A stretch of DNA of 63,722 nucleotides, counting the filler, from Octopus bimaculoides (Eukaryota), in NCBI RefSeq assembly GCF_001194135.2. It is 5 parts of 4 records of this genome, joined end to end, with 100 filler letters (N's around TTAATTAATTAA, not from the genome) between each part and the next. Parts side by side here need not be neighbours in the genome. Positions count along the whole stretch, not along the records: positions 1 to 29,699 come from NC_068985.1; 4 more parts are not named here. One strand, given 5' to 3'. Below are positions 10,953-21,211 of the stretch, in pieces (positions within the stretch are counted from its first letter, which is position 1; each line of letters begins with the position of its first letter). A program made the translations under genes and the position numbers. Under the pieces are notes generated by a model. That model saw only the letters and a program-made list of their open reading frames with translations. It was not told where the DNA came from and did no database searches.

Positions 10953-11281
10953 CAGTTCTATATTTAAGAGATGAGGAATTATTTACATTATTTACATTAT
11001 CTACATTTGACGGATATTCGTCCTCATCTTGTTTGTTGTTAACACAACGTTTCGGCTGATATACCCTCCAGCCTTCGTCAGGTGTCTTGGGGAAATTTCG
11101 AACCTGGGTTCTCATTCCTATCGATGTTACTATTATTATTATTATTATATTATTATTATTATTATTATTAATATTAATATTAATCAGGTCGCTGCCGTGA
11201 ATCGAACTCGGAACCTTGGGGTTAGTAGCCCGCGCTCTTAACCACTACGCCATATGCCCGTGGGCATATGGCGTAGTGGTT
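10953..11281 (-). mobile_element. tRNA-like head + (AAT)n + hammerhead unit, copy 2, complete insertion with 5' hairpin and 9-bp TSD
   Basis: TSD AAGGACTTC at 10944-10952 and 11282-11290; A-box TGGCGTAGTGG and B-box GAGTTCGATTC on minus; palindrome CTTAACCACTACGCCATATGCCC-GT-GGGCATATGGCGTAGTGGTTAAG at 11237-11284. Confidence 0.9.
11041..11086 (-). ncRNA. Minimal type-I hammerhead ribozyme motif (CUGACGA core)
   Basis: Minus strand GACAC-CTGACGA-A-GGCTG(gagggtatat)CAGCC-GAAAC-GTT-GTGTT. Confidence 0.75.
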
Positions 11282-11350
11282 AAGGACTTCTATTTTTTGT
11301 TTAATCAACTGTCTTTTCAATGATATATATTTACTTAAGTATGTTACATA

Positions 11351-11934
11351 CTCTTTTACTCTTTTACTTGTTTCAGTCATTTGACTGCGGCCATGCTGGA
11401 GCACCGCCTTTAGTCGAGCAAATCGACCCCAGGACTTATTCGTTGGAAGCCTAGTACTTATTCTATCGGTCTCCTATGCCGAACCGCTAGTTTACGGAGA
11501 CGTAAACACACCAGCATCGGTTGTCAAGCGATGTTGGTGGGGGGATAAACACAGACACACAAACATATACACGCACACATACATATATATATATATANNN
11601 NNNNNNNNNNNNNNNNNNNNNNNNNNNNNNNNNNNNNNNNNNNNNNNNNNNNNNNNNNNNNNNNNNNNNNNNNNNNNNNNNNNNNNNNNNNNNNNNNNNN
11701 NNNNNNNNNNNNNNNNNNNNNNNNNNNNNNNNNNNNNNNNNNNNNNNNNNNNNNNNNNNNNNNNGTCTACCAACTCCACTCACAAGGCTTTGGTCGGCCC
11801 GAGGCTATAGTAGAAGACACTTGCCCAAGGTGTTACGCAGTGGGACTGAACCCGGAACCATGTGGTTGGTAAGCAAGCTGCTTACCACACAGCCACTTCT
11901 GCGCTTATACTTACCACACAGCCACTCCTGCGCC
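11351..11934 (-). mobile_element. SINE family B, full length across an N gap, with tandemly duplicated 5' end
   Basis: Tail at 11351; head CTTACCACACAGCCAC.CCTGCGC present twice (11881-11934). Confidence 0.85.
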
Positions 11935-11969
11935 TATATAGATAAAGATTTTAATCTTGATCTACTCCT

Positions 11970-12350
11970 GTTGCAGAATTCGAGTATTAGTCAGCCTTAT
12001 CGGCGTCACTGCAGTCCAGTGTATAGCTTATACACAGTGTTTGTATACCTCCGGTTGATTGATTCGACCTTGTTTCGGAAGGGACGCGCGAGTGCAAAAT
12101 CGGCAAAATACGCCTCTGTTGCTCTCGCAGTCACTTCTATAATAATTTCGTTTTGCCTACCTCTGAATGAAATCTATTGTACTTTTTAACACAATAAGTC
12201 TATAAATTATAGATGTTTTCGATCTAGTTTGGATTCTTTGCCATCAAATATGAATTCTTTGACGGCAAAGAATCCAAACTAGATCGAAAACATCTATATC
12301 TTTTTCCAGCACGAAAATTATAACTTCTGGTTTTCTGACGAAACGCATGC
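11970..12350. repeat. Interspersed repeat family F, copy carrying a hairpin insertion
   Basis: Aligns by eye with 39427-39725 (TTGCA.AATTCGA..ATCGGCG..CCAGTGTATAG..GATTCGA..GTTTCGGAAG..AACACAATA.GTCTATAAA). Confidence 0.7.
12208..12298. mobile_element. 91-bp hairpin MITE-like insertion, TA at both ends
   Basis: 41-bp arms (TATAGATGTTTTCGATCTAGTTTGGATTCTTTGCCATCAAA and its complement, one mismatch), 9-10-nt loop; absent from the family F copy at 39.7 kb. Confidence 0.75.
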
Positions 12351-12701
12351 GGTATGTCATTATATATATATATATATATATATATGCCTGTGAGGATGGT
12401 GGCGTTGGAGAGGTAGCAGCAAGTGCGGCAGCGTGGGCGGGAGCAGAGGAATGAGCCAGGTTGGGAGGTATATGTCCACAGGTTCTCCCCTAACCCNNNN
12501 NNNNNNNNNNNNNNNNNNNNNNNNNNNNNNNNNNNNNNNNNNNNNNNNNNNNNNNNNNNNNNNNNNNNNNNNNNNNNNNNNNNNNNNNNNNNNNNNNNNN
12601 NNNNNNNNNNNNNNNNNNNNNNNNNNNNNNNNNNNNNNNNNNNNNNNNNNNNNNNNNNNNNNNNNNNNNNNNNNNNNNNNNNNNNNNNNNNNNNNNNNNN
12701 N

Positions 12702-12757
<56 letters not shown>

Positions 12758-12897
12758 TCAAGAAATACCTTAGGAATGAGAACCCAAGTTCGAAATTTCC
12801 ACAAGACACCTGATGAAGGCTGGAGGGTATATCAGCCGAAACGTTGTGTTAACAACAAACAAGATGAGGACAAATATCTGTCAAATGTAAATAATGA
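12702..12897 (+). mobile_element. Hammerhead unit, copy 3 (head lost in N gap)
   Basis: (AAT)n-AACATC..CCTTAGGAATGAGAACCC..; HHR at 12805-12850 with canonical CTGATGA. Confidence 0.85.
12805..12850 (+). ncRNA. Minimal type-I hammerhead ribozyme motif (CUGAUGA core)
   Basis: GACAC-CTGATGA-A-GGCTG(gagggtatat)CAGCC-GAAAC-GTT-GTGTT. Confidence 0.78.
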
Positions 12898-13372
12898 TAT
12901 ATTTATGCCTAATTATGGTTTCTTTGAATTTTTACTCAGGAAAATATACCCCAGTGGGCTTATAGCCGTCAGAAATGGTAACAATATAAGAAATATTAAT
13001 TATTTAGATGTCAATCAAGTAATTAAGGATCATAATGAAATATGTACTGAAATTTATAATAAAACAGAAGACTTTGGTTTCCAAGTGGCTTCAATGCCAT
13101 GGTTCTGTAGTAAAATTCCTTCTTTTTTTTTTTTTTTTTTTTGTTATGGTGTTTTTGCAGGGCAAATTGTTAGATATAGTACTATTATCAATAATGCTAA
13201 TAAATTTTTGGAAAGAATAAATAAACTGTTAAAACATTTAGTAAAACGAGGGCATAAAGATGGTAAATTGGTTAAAAATTTTAATTGCTGTTTAGGTGGG
13301 AAACTTGAAATTTTAAATAAATATGGGGTACGTACACTTTGGTCTCTTATATGTAAGTATATATTTATATAA
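12895..13372 (+). mobile_element. Penelope-like RT C-terminal relic, Naiad/Chlamys-type
   Basis: DIFMPN..KIYPSGL..NYLDV..IYNKTEDFGFQVASMPWFCSKIPS..YGVFAGQIVRY..LVKRG; ORF ends after the thumb with no downstream GIY-YIG. Confidence 0.75.
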
Positions 13373-14088
13373 ATCTTGTACGACTCTATTCTTTCTTTCT
13401 TTCAGACCTTTCACGCTAATTCGTTCATTCCACTCTTCGTTCTTTCGTTCCCCCTCTCTCACATTTCTCTGCCTCCTCTTCTTGCTCACTTTCCCTCCTC
13501 TTCTTGCTTACTTTCCCTCCTCTTTTCACTTCACTGTGTCCCTATCATTTTTTCTCGCTCCTCCTTAATTCTTCTGTCCCTCTGCCTCTACCGCACTCTC
13601 TTCTCTCCCCACGTGACCGATGTTCGGCCAAGACTGATCTTTCTTTCTTGGTTCGACCGCCGTCCATGCAACATCTATATTCCTCCCTGTGCCTGTGAAA
13701 TTTTGTATGCCTGCCGTAAGGTCTTATTTCCACACACGCCAGCTTAATTTAATTCGTCCTTAGTCGAAAGACATCTGTTGTTATGTTCTGTTATTTGTAT
13801 TTGTGTAACATTCTCCGTCTTTTCTTTTCCATCCTTGTTTTCGTATACATTCGGTGCTTTCTTCCAAGGAATCTAATGCTCTTAGCTTAGTTTTTGCTTG
13901 GGGCTGGCCATATTGGAGCAATCTCGAGTATAACCATCCGAAATTGCAAAGATAATCTGGAACTCGACTGAGGAAAGAAAACTCCGAATGAGCCGTCCTT
14001 GTTTTCTTTGTATCGTCTATCTGGATGTTCTGTTGTCCCTTTTTTGTATCACTTAATAGTCTGGAAGATTTGCGTTCTTGTCCCATTT

Positions 14089-14090
<2 letters not shown>
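13373..14090 (+). repeat. Pyrimidine-rich probable 3' UTR of the preceding PLE
   Basis: Directly follows the RT stop; shares CCCACGTGACC with the 28.7-29.6 kb arms. Confidence 0.4.
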
Positions 14091-14129
<39 letters not shown>

Positions 14130-15920
14130 NNNNNNNNNNNNNNNNNNNNNNNNNNNNNNNNNNNNNNNNNNNNNNNNNNNNNNNNNNNNNNNNNNNNNNN
14201 NNNNNNNNNNNNNNNNNNNNNNNNNNNNNNNNNNNNNNNNNNNNNNNNNNNNNNNNNNNNNNNNNNNNNNNNNNNNNNNNNNNNNNNNNNNNNNNNNNNN
14301 NNNNTGTATTTGTGCATGTTTTTTAGCGCTTCATGCATGCATGAGTGTCTGCATGCTTGTGCACGTATGTGTAGCTGATAAACCTTTGGTTTCTAGAAAG
14401 CTTCAAGTATTAAAACCGGCCAAAAATGAAAAAAAAAAAAAAGATTGAAAAGAAAAGAAATGTATGAGTCGTGGTATTAGATATCTTGTTGTTACAGGCG
14501 TTTAAATTATTTTGTCGTTGAGCAAAGCGAATTCTTGTACAAGTCTCAGTTTTCACAATGTAATATTTATAGTCTATAATCACAATACTTGAAGTGAAAA
14601 CTGTAATACATATAAAGTAAACAGTAACATTTCAGGAAGCTAATTTTGTATGGCCAATCTGTCAGTATAAACAGTTCTAATTTGTATATACTGTTCTGTC
14701 GAAAGGAAGGGGTAGAGCTTAATTTAATCAGGGCCCTTATCCGATGATGGGTCTAGCCCTTAACGTTAAGCATTCTATCTTCCTCACGATAAACCAATAT
14801 AATCCACTTTTGAATTGTTAGTAATATATATAGTTGTTACTTTTGTTATTTATATTCGTGTTGATCCTGGACGAGAGGAAACTTATCAGAAACTTTCTGG
14901 TTTTTAACATTCTGCTTTACTTCTTGGCTACATTACGAAATTTGACTTCATTTTTAGGACCGTAGGGTATGAGTTGAGGTGTAATTTGTCGTATAACTAC
15001 TTATAGAATTTCTCACTGGCTCATACATGTCATTAGTTTCAATAAATCGACTCTGGCGATGTTGAATCTCTGTGTTTAAGAGTATTGACGAATATGTTTA
15101 TAGGTTATTTATGCTCTCCAACTCGGCAGCAAACAAGTTACAGGCGAACCGGGTTAGATTTGAACTCCTAACGTAGACGAATGGCTCTCTACTGATTCTT
15201 CTAACCATCGAAATGTTGATTTCTTACATAGATTAGATCAAATCTGCAAATACTGTCGGAAGAAACCGACGAATGCATTGACAGAACTATTGAAATACAC
15301 CTAGTTTATCGTCTGCTGATAAATAAAAGTTAAAGCAGACCACAGTAAAATTTTTTCCCCAACGTTTTACCTCAGATTTGACGGATGGTTGCAGTCAGTT
15401 ATATTAACTATTAAAAAAATATGACTGATTTTTACCCAGGAAAGGTGAAAGATAAAACTGACTTACTTTTATATTTCTACTCCTACTGTTGTGCATATCA
15501 GGTCCTCTTGAAATGATTAGAAGAAATTGCTAAGCTTATCAGCCAAACGTTCTCTGTTTCTTTAGAAAGGGACCTTCTACACACTCTTCCACCTCTTTGG
15601 ACGAAATGTAACCGATTCCAAATGGATGAGAGAGAGAAAGAGAGAGAGAGGAGGTAGAGAGAGAGAGTGGAGGTAGAGAGAGACAAAAGTGTGTGTGTGT
15701 GTGTGCGTATATTGTGTGTGTGAGAGAGTGAGAGTGAGAGAAATCGACTCTAGTGTTTCATTTGTAGTTTATTTATTGATCTCGGAAGGATATCAGTGAC
15801 ATTGACAGGATTTGAACTCGGAGCGAATACAGCCTGAACAAATAATACTTGGCGTTCTATCCGGCACTACACTCTAAAATCTATGCCAGAGCTCACCACT
15901 TATATCGTTAAATTATAAGA

Positions 15921-16124
15921 AATATTGGCTTCAAATTTTGGCACAAGGCGAGGTATTTTGGGTGAGAGTAAGTCGATTACATTGACTCCATTGGTACTTA
16001 TTTTATTCGATCCTGAAAGAATGAAAGGCAAAGTCGACCTCAGCGGAATTTGAACTTGCAGACAGGCGAAGAGCCACAAAGCATTTCGCCCGGCGTGCTA
16101 GCGATTCTACCAGGACGCCGCCTT
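15921..16124 (-). mobile_element. SINE family D
   Basis: Reverse complement of 8011-8224; further fragments at 15765-15890 and 16498-16625. Confidence 0.85.
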
Positions 16125-16136
16125 ATTAATAATAAT

Positions 16137-16497
16137 AACGAGAGCACTCAGAGAGCGCAAACCTCCGCCAAGGCAACACCGGCATCCTCTCAACGATTAC
16201 CCAGAGAGGATTTTTAAAATGAGAATATCTGAAATAAACACGACCGCTCACACAAACGAGAATACTAAAAATGAACCCGACCGCTCACAAAAATTAAGGA
16301 AAAAACAGGAAAAATAATCCAGAATCCTTGTCCGGTACTGGATCGCCCCCAAAATCTAATCAGTTCGTGCAAGTCACGAAACCAAACATCCCTGAAAGTT
16401 TCATCCGAATCCACCCAGCGGTTCTTCAGATATCTTCTCCACGGACAAACAAACACGACTGAAAACAATACCTCCGCCTTCGCTAAGGCGGTGGTAA
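16137..16497 (+). mobile_element. Non-autonomous Helentron-associated element (HINE/DINE-1-like architecture)
   Basis: 5' ACCTCCGCCAAGGC (16161-16174); 3' hairpin ACCTCCGCCTT-CGCT-AAGGCGGTGGT (16470-16495); sits in an (AAT) tract. Confidence 0.65.
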
Positions 16498-17047
16498 TAA
16501 TCCTTTCTACTAAAGGTACAAGGCCCGAAATTTGGTGGAAGAGACTGGTTGAATTTGAATTCAGAATCTAAAGACGGACGAAACGGCGCTAAGCATTTTG
16601 CCGAACATGCTGACGATCCTGCCTGGAATGTCTTTATTCACTTAACATTGAATGAATGTGTTGTGTCGACGTCCCCAGACATATAAATAGAGGTAGTCTG
16701 GCCGTGGTAGGAATGTTGAGTAGCAGTTGAGTAGCGGTTGAGTAGAGATCATCCGAAGGTGCTAGATAGCAGTAGCTTGAGACATAACAGAATGATATTA
16801 GAGTTTAACATTAGGACTAAAACCTTCGTAGACACAGCGTCATCCGAGCCACGCTGGAGTCCGATCTGCTAAGGTCGGCTTTGACTTTCAAAACACTGGG
16901 TAAGCAAAGACAAGTACTGGAGACTTTAAGTCGGTTAAATATCCACAAACATCCAAAGAAAAACAAAACAAAACATGTGTAAACCTAATAACTATGTTAA
17001 ATAAATACGCGACCCATGCATACACACGAACACAAACACATACATAT

Positions 17048-17427
17048 TCTTTTATTTGTTCCAGTCATTTGATTGTGGCCATGCTGGAGCACTACCTTAA
17101 GGACTTATTCTTTGTAAACCCATTACTTATTGTATCGGAATCTTTTGCCGAACCGCTAAGTTACGGAGACATAAACGCACCAACATCAGTTTTCAAGTGA
17201 TGGTGGTGGTGGTGGTGGGGAGACAAACACAGATACACAAATATATATATATATGTATGTATACGACGGGCTTCTTTCAGTTTCTGTCTACCAATTTCTC
17301 TCACTAGGCTTCGGTCGGCCCGAGGCTATAGTAGAAGACGCTTGCCCGAAGTACTACGCGGTAGAACTGAACCCGGAAGAATGTGGTTGGGAGCCAAGCT
17401 TCTTACCACACAGCCACTCCTGCGCCT
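17048..17427 (-). mobile_element. SINE family B, full length
   Basis: Tail to head all recognisable on minus. Confidence 0.85.
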
Positions 17428-18659
17428 ACNNNNNNNNNNNNNNNNNNNNNNNNNNNNNNNNNNNNNNNNNNNNNNNNNNNNNNNNNNNNNNNNNNNNNNN
17501 NNNNNNNNNNNNNNNNNNNNNNNNNNNNNNNNNNNNNNNNNNNNNNNNNNNNNNNNNNNNNNNTATATATATATATAGATAGATAGATAGATAGATAGAT
17601 AGGCATACATAAGCTTGGTCTACTGCATGTTTTTTCTCTCACATATTTGATTTTCTTTTGTGTTTCCCCACCCATGTTGATAGTTTATTTTAGACTAGCT
17701 TTTGTTGTTGGTGTTACTTTGCTTTGTTGCGTTTGAAAGATCGCATTTACTACTACTACTACTACTACTACTACTATAGTCAGTGTTTGTGGTTGTGGTT
17801 ATGTGGATGTATCTATTTTGGCTTGTGCAACTAACTGTTAGTGAATGGGTTAATGGCTGCTTATATTATTAAAACGGATGTGTGTGAATGCAGAAAGTAT
17901 GTGTACATACACTATGCAGGAACAAAATACATTGATAACTGCAAGCCTAAATTCATTGTGTGAAATACTGTGCAGCTTTGTACAAGTGCAAATGCACGCA
18001 TACACAACACACAGAAACACACACAGAAACACACTCGCATATATAGATACATGTACATAGTTACGTAAAAATGTACACAGATATACATATACATGTATTT
18101 AAATACATACATATGTTTATTCATAATTTTAAGGATATATTTTCTTTTCAACCTCGCCACCAGGCAGGCAGGCAGCCGTTCTAGATAAACACAAAAGCCT
18201 CCGATCAGAAAGCGAACATACATATCTACTTGCTTTCTTTATGTGGAGCAATAAGCGTACATTTTAAAAATATTCTGAAAATACATGAAAAGTAGAATTG
18301 TGAAAAGAATGTTGGGGAAGATAATTTTTTTCATTATTTACTATTTTTCCGGTCAATCTAATTAGCATGCAGAAACCTGATTGTCAAACCAAACATTTTA
18401 TCCACAAATACATATGTATGTATGTATGTGAGTGTATATTCATGTATATATGTTATTTAATTTCATTTCTTGATTTTTTTGCCAATGTAAATAGAACCGG
18501 TTTCTAACCTAGATTCAAGTCTCTGTCATTGGAATTTCAACAACACCTACAAGGTACATGTTTGTGTGTATATGTGCAATATTTATCGTCAGTGCACGTA
18601 CTGACATGTCTGTTTTGTTTTGTTTATGCTAAACATTCTAAAAGTTTTACATATTTTAA

Positions 18660-19640
18660 CATTTCTATTCATGACTCATGTCTGTAATTGAACTAGCTTT
18701 CTCCTTTCTGGTTTTGGAAACTCTAATTTCCCGAAATTGTTGCTGAGACAGTTTCTTACATATCTTAGTCCCCTAAAAATTACGAGCGTAAATCTGAACT
18801 TATAATCCGGGTAAAGTAGCTGTAAGTTTATCAACAGTTCAGTGCAGGTGTATTGTTTTCGCTGATCTTTAGCTTTATGTTGCCATCCACTGGGCAACTG
18901 ATTTCCACTTCTGTACGTAATTTCCTTTGTCCCAAATCATTATGTCTGGTCTGTTATGTCTGCATTTTATTGAGATTTTTACCAGGACATTCCACCGCTA
19001 CTCTTTCATATTAAGAGTGGTTATGGCTGGAAACCACATTATTACACATCACATATCAGCTTAAGTTTTGGATAGCATTACCTCTTCCTATCTCTAACTT
19101 CATAGAACCGTCTAGCGAATTCGCTTAATTCGCTTAATTCTGTTCCAGAAGAGACTTTTTGTCAACCAAAACATATCGTAGTGTCGGCGGTTTTGGTATT
19201 TTTCGATGGAATTTGTCCAAATACTTTTATGGGTCAGGCATTCTTTTAGTCATTCGTTTTGAAGTGCTGAGGAATAGAGTAACGTCAGTTGAGGTACACA
19301 TAAGTAGTTGCAATGGTGGCATCAGGATTTCTGGAACTAAATGTTCTGACGATCTTAGAGATAATCTCATGGGTCATATCGGATTTATTGTTCAAATAAG
19401 ATCTTCCGCTTAAGTTGTTTAGAGACAGTTACTCATAAGTCGTTGACATTACAGGATACCAAAGGATATTCTTCTGAGAATGTGCTGGTTCAGGCAGCTC
19501 CACATTGTAAATATTTGATCAAAAATATTTTTCTTGTTGAACAGCATTCAGTTATACTAATTCACTCATTCAATTACAGTAATTTATATAGGTCAGTTTG
19601 TAGGCTCATCCGGTTAGTTACACCACTCCTTTGACAAATT
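18660..19640 (-). mobile_element. R4/Dong-like non-LTR retrotransposon relic (restriction-like endonuclease end plus upstream fragment)
   Basis: WWNVLVKISIKCRHNRPDIMIWDK..EVEISCPVDGNI..ELLINLQLLYPDYKFRF, with frameshifts. Confidence 0.75.
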
Positions 19641-19654
19641 AAAATCTATTTTTG

Positions 19655-19740
19655 CCGCTGACCGTGAAATCTGGCGTCTCACTGTCCGCCGGGCGACGTC
19701 CTAACTAGAAGACAACCGCAGGACTTAAAAGTCGAACAGA
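19655..19740 (+). mobile_element. RTE-like LINE extreme 3' fragment
   Basis: FAADREIWRLTVRRATS* resembles the A.DR..WR C-terminal motif. Confidence 0.45.
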
Positions 19741-19921
19741 AAAGGGGGAAAACAAGGAAACTAAGACCAACCTTGATCAGCTCACCATCTCATGCAGTCT
19801 CTGTGATTGTACCTGCCTGCCTGTCCTAAATCGGACTCGTCGGGCTTTAGTAAGACTGCTACAGACAGTGGACGTCCCCTTCCACAAACCGTCGCGTCTT
19901 CGCTTACGAAGCCAAGCCACA

Positions 19922-19970
<49 letters not shown>

Positions 19971-20076
19971 NNNNNNNNNNNNNNNNNNNNNNNNNNNNNN
20001 NNNNNNNNNNNNNNNNNNNNNNNNNNNNNNNNNNNNNNNNNNNNNNNNNNNNNNNNNNNNNNNNCATGTAATATGT

Positions 20077-20218
20077 TTTATTAAAAAGCAGCAAAAATAT
20101 CACAAAAACTGATACTCAGAGTTTCACGTTCCCGTTCGTCGGACAGTTTTGTGCGACGAACGGGAACGTGAAACTTTGAGTATCAGTTTTTGTGATATTT
20201 TTGTTGCTTTTTAATAAA
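20077..20218. repeat. Head-to-head inverted repeat (65-bp arms, 12-bp spacer) with hammerhead-like motif on each arm
   Basis: 20077-20141 versus 20154-20218, two mismatches; minus arm AAAACTGT-CCGACGA-ACG(ggaa)CGT-GAAA-CTCTGAGTA-TCAGTTTT; lone decayed arm at 54507-54570. Confidence 0.88.
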
Positions 20219-20261
<43 letters not shown>

Positions 20262-20698
20262 ATCGTAAATATTTTTTGTTCGTTCTAATGTTCTAACGGC
20301 GTGCCGCATGAATTCTCTTTTTGATGGTTTGAGTTTTAACTGGCCTTTTTAGCATGTAAGGAGTCCTGGTCAATAGTATCCTCTTTGTGCATAAAAATAT
20401 TTTATACCCTCTTATGTTTTTACTGTGGACAAAGCTGCGTGACGTTAGATTATAGATAAATAAAATTAAAAAATACATATTAAGTACATGACATCACCAA
20501 CCAGTGAAAAAAACGTAAGCACATGAGAGATAAGTATAAGACTGGCATTTTGTCCCGTCCTTATCGCTTGTGTGTTTACGTATATTTCACTCGTTGGTAA
20601 TGTCCTGAACCTATTGTGTATGTTTTGGTATTTTGTCCTGTACTTATCTCTCGTGTCTTTACGTATTTTTCATTCGTTCCTGATGTACTGTAATTAAA

Positions 20699-20729
<31 letters not shown>

Positions 20730-20882
20730 CACAGATTGAGTGGACAAACGAAAGAAGGGCACTCAACCAATTTATTGGGAGTTACATGTATGGATCAAAA
20801 CAGTTGGTACTCTTGAGTTTCAAGTGTGATGCTCGTCGTCAATAATTTTGAACTTGAAATTCAAAGTGGCTGACGACGAGCA

Positions 20883-21021
20883 TAAGTGGTGAGTTGGCAG
20901 AATCATAAAGATGTCAGACAAATGCTTAACTTGGTTCCGGGTTCAGTCCCACTGCGTGGAACTTTGGGCAAGTGTCTTCTACTACAGCCTTGGAGCGACC
21001 AAAGCCTGTCACATACATCCA

Positions 21022-21022
<1 letters not shown>
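20883..21022 (+). mobile_element. SINE family B, 5' fragment
   Basis: CCGGGTTCAGTCCCACTGCGTGG..TTGGGCAAGTGTCTTCTACTACAGCC. Confidence 0.75.
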
Positions 21023-21084
<62 letters not shown>

Positions 21085-21174
21085 GAGAATTTACGAAAAG
21101 AAAACAACAGATGAAGACAGGTGGTGTAAACAACAAATGGATGTATTAGTTTAACGCTCGGGAATAGAGAAAGT

Positions 21175-21211
21175 CTTTTGACGTTTCGAGCTACGCTCTT
21201 CAACTGAAAGG
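21175..21211 (-). ncRNA. Degenerate minimal hammerhead motif in a PLE-type repeat (21080-21300)
   Basis: CTTT-CAGTTGA-A-GAGC(gta)GCTC-GAAAC-GTC-AAAAG; GUC triplet and stems present, core mutated at two positions. Confidence 0.45.

Noticed and set aside
12487-12496. CCCTAACCC at a gap edge as an interstitial telomere
   Set aside because: Only one and a half units visible
14735-14770. CCGATGATGGGTCTAGCCCTTAACGTT as a hammerhead
   Set aside because: GAAA replaced and stem I absent; at most a dead remnant
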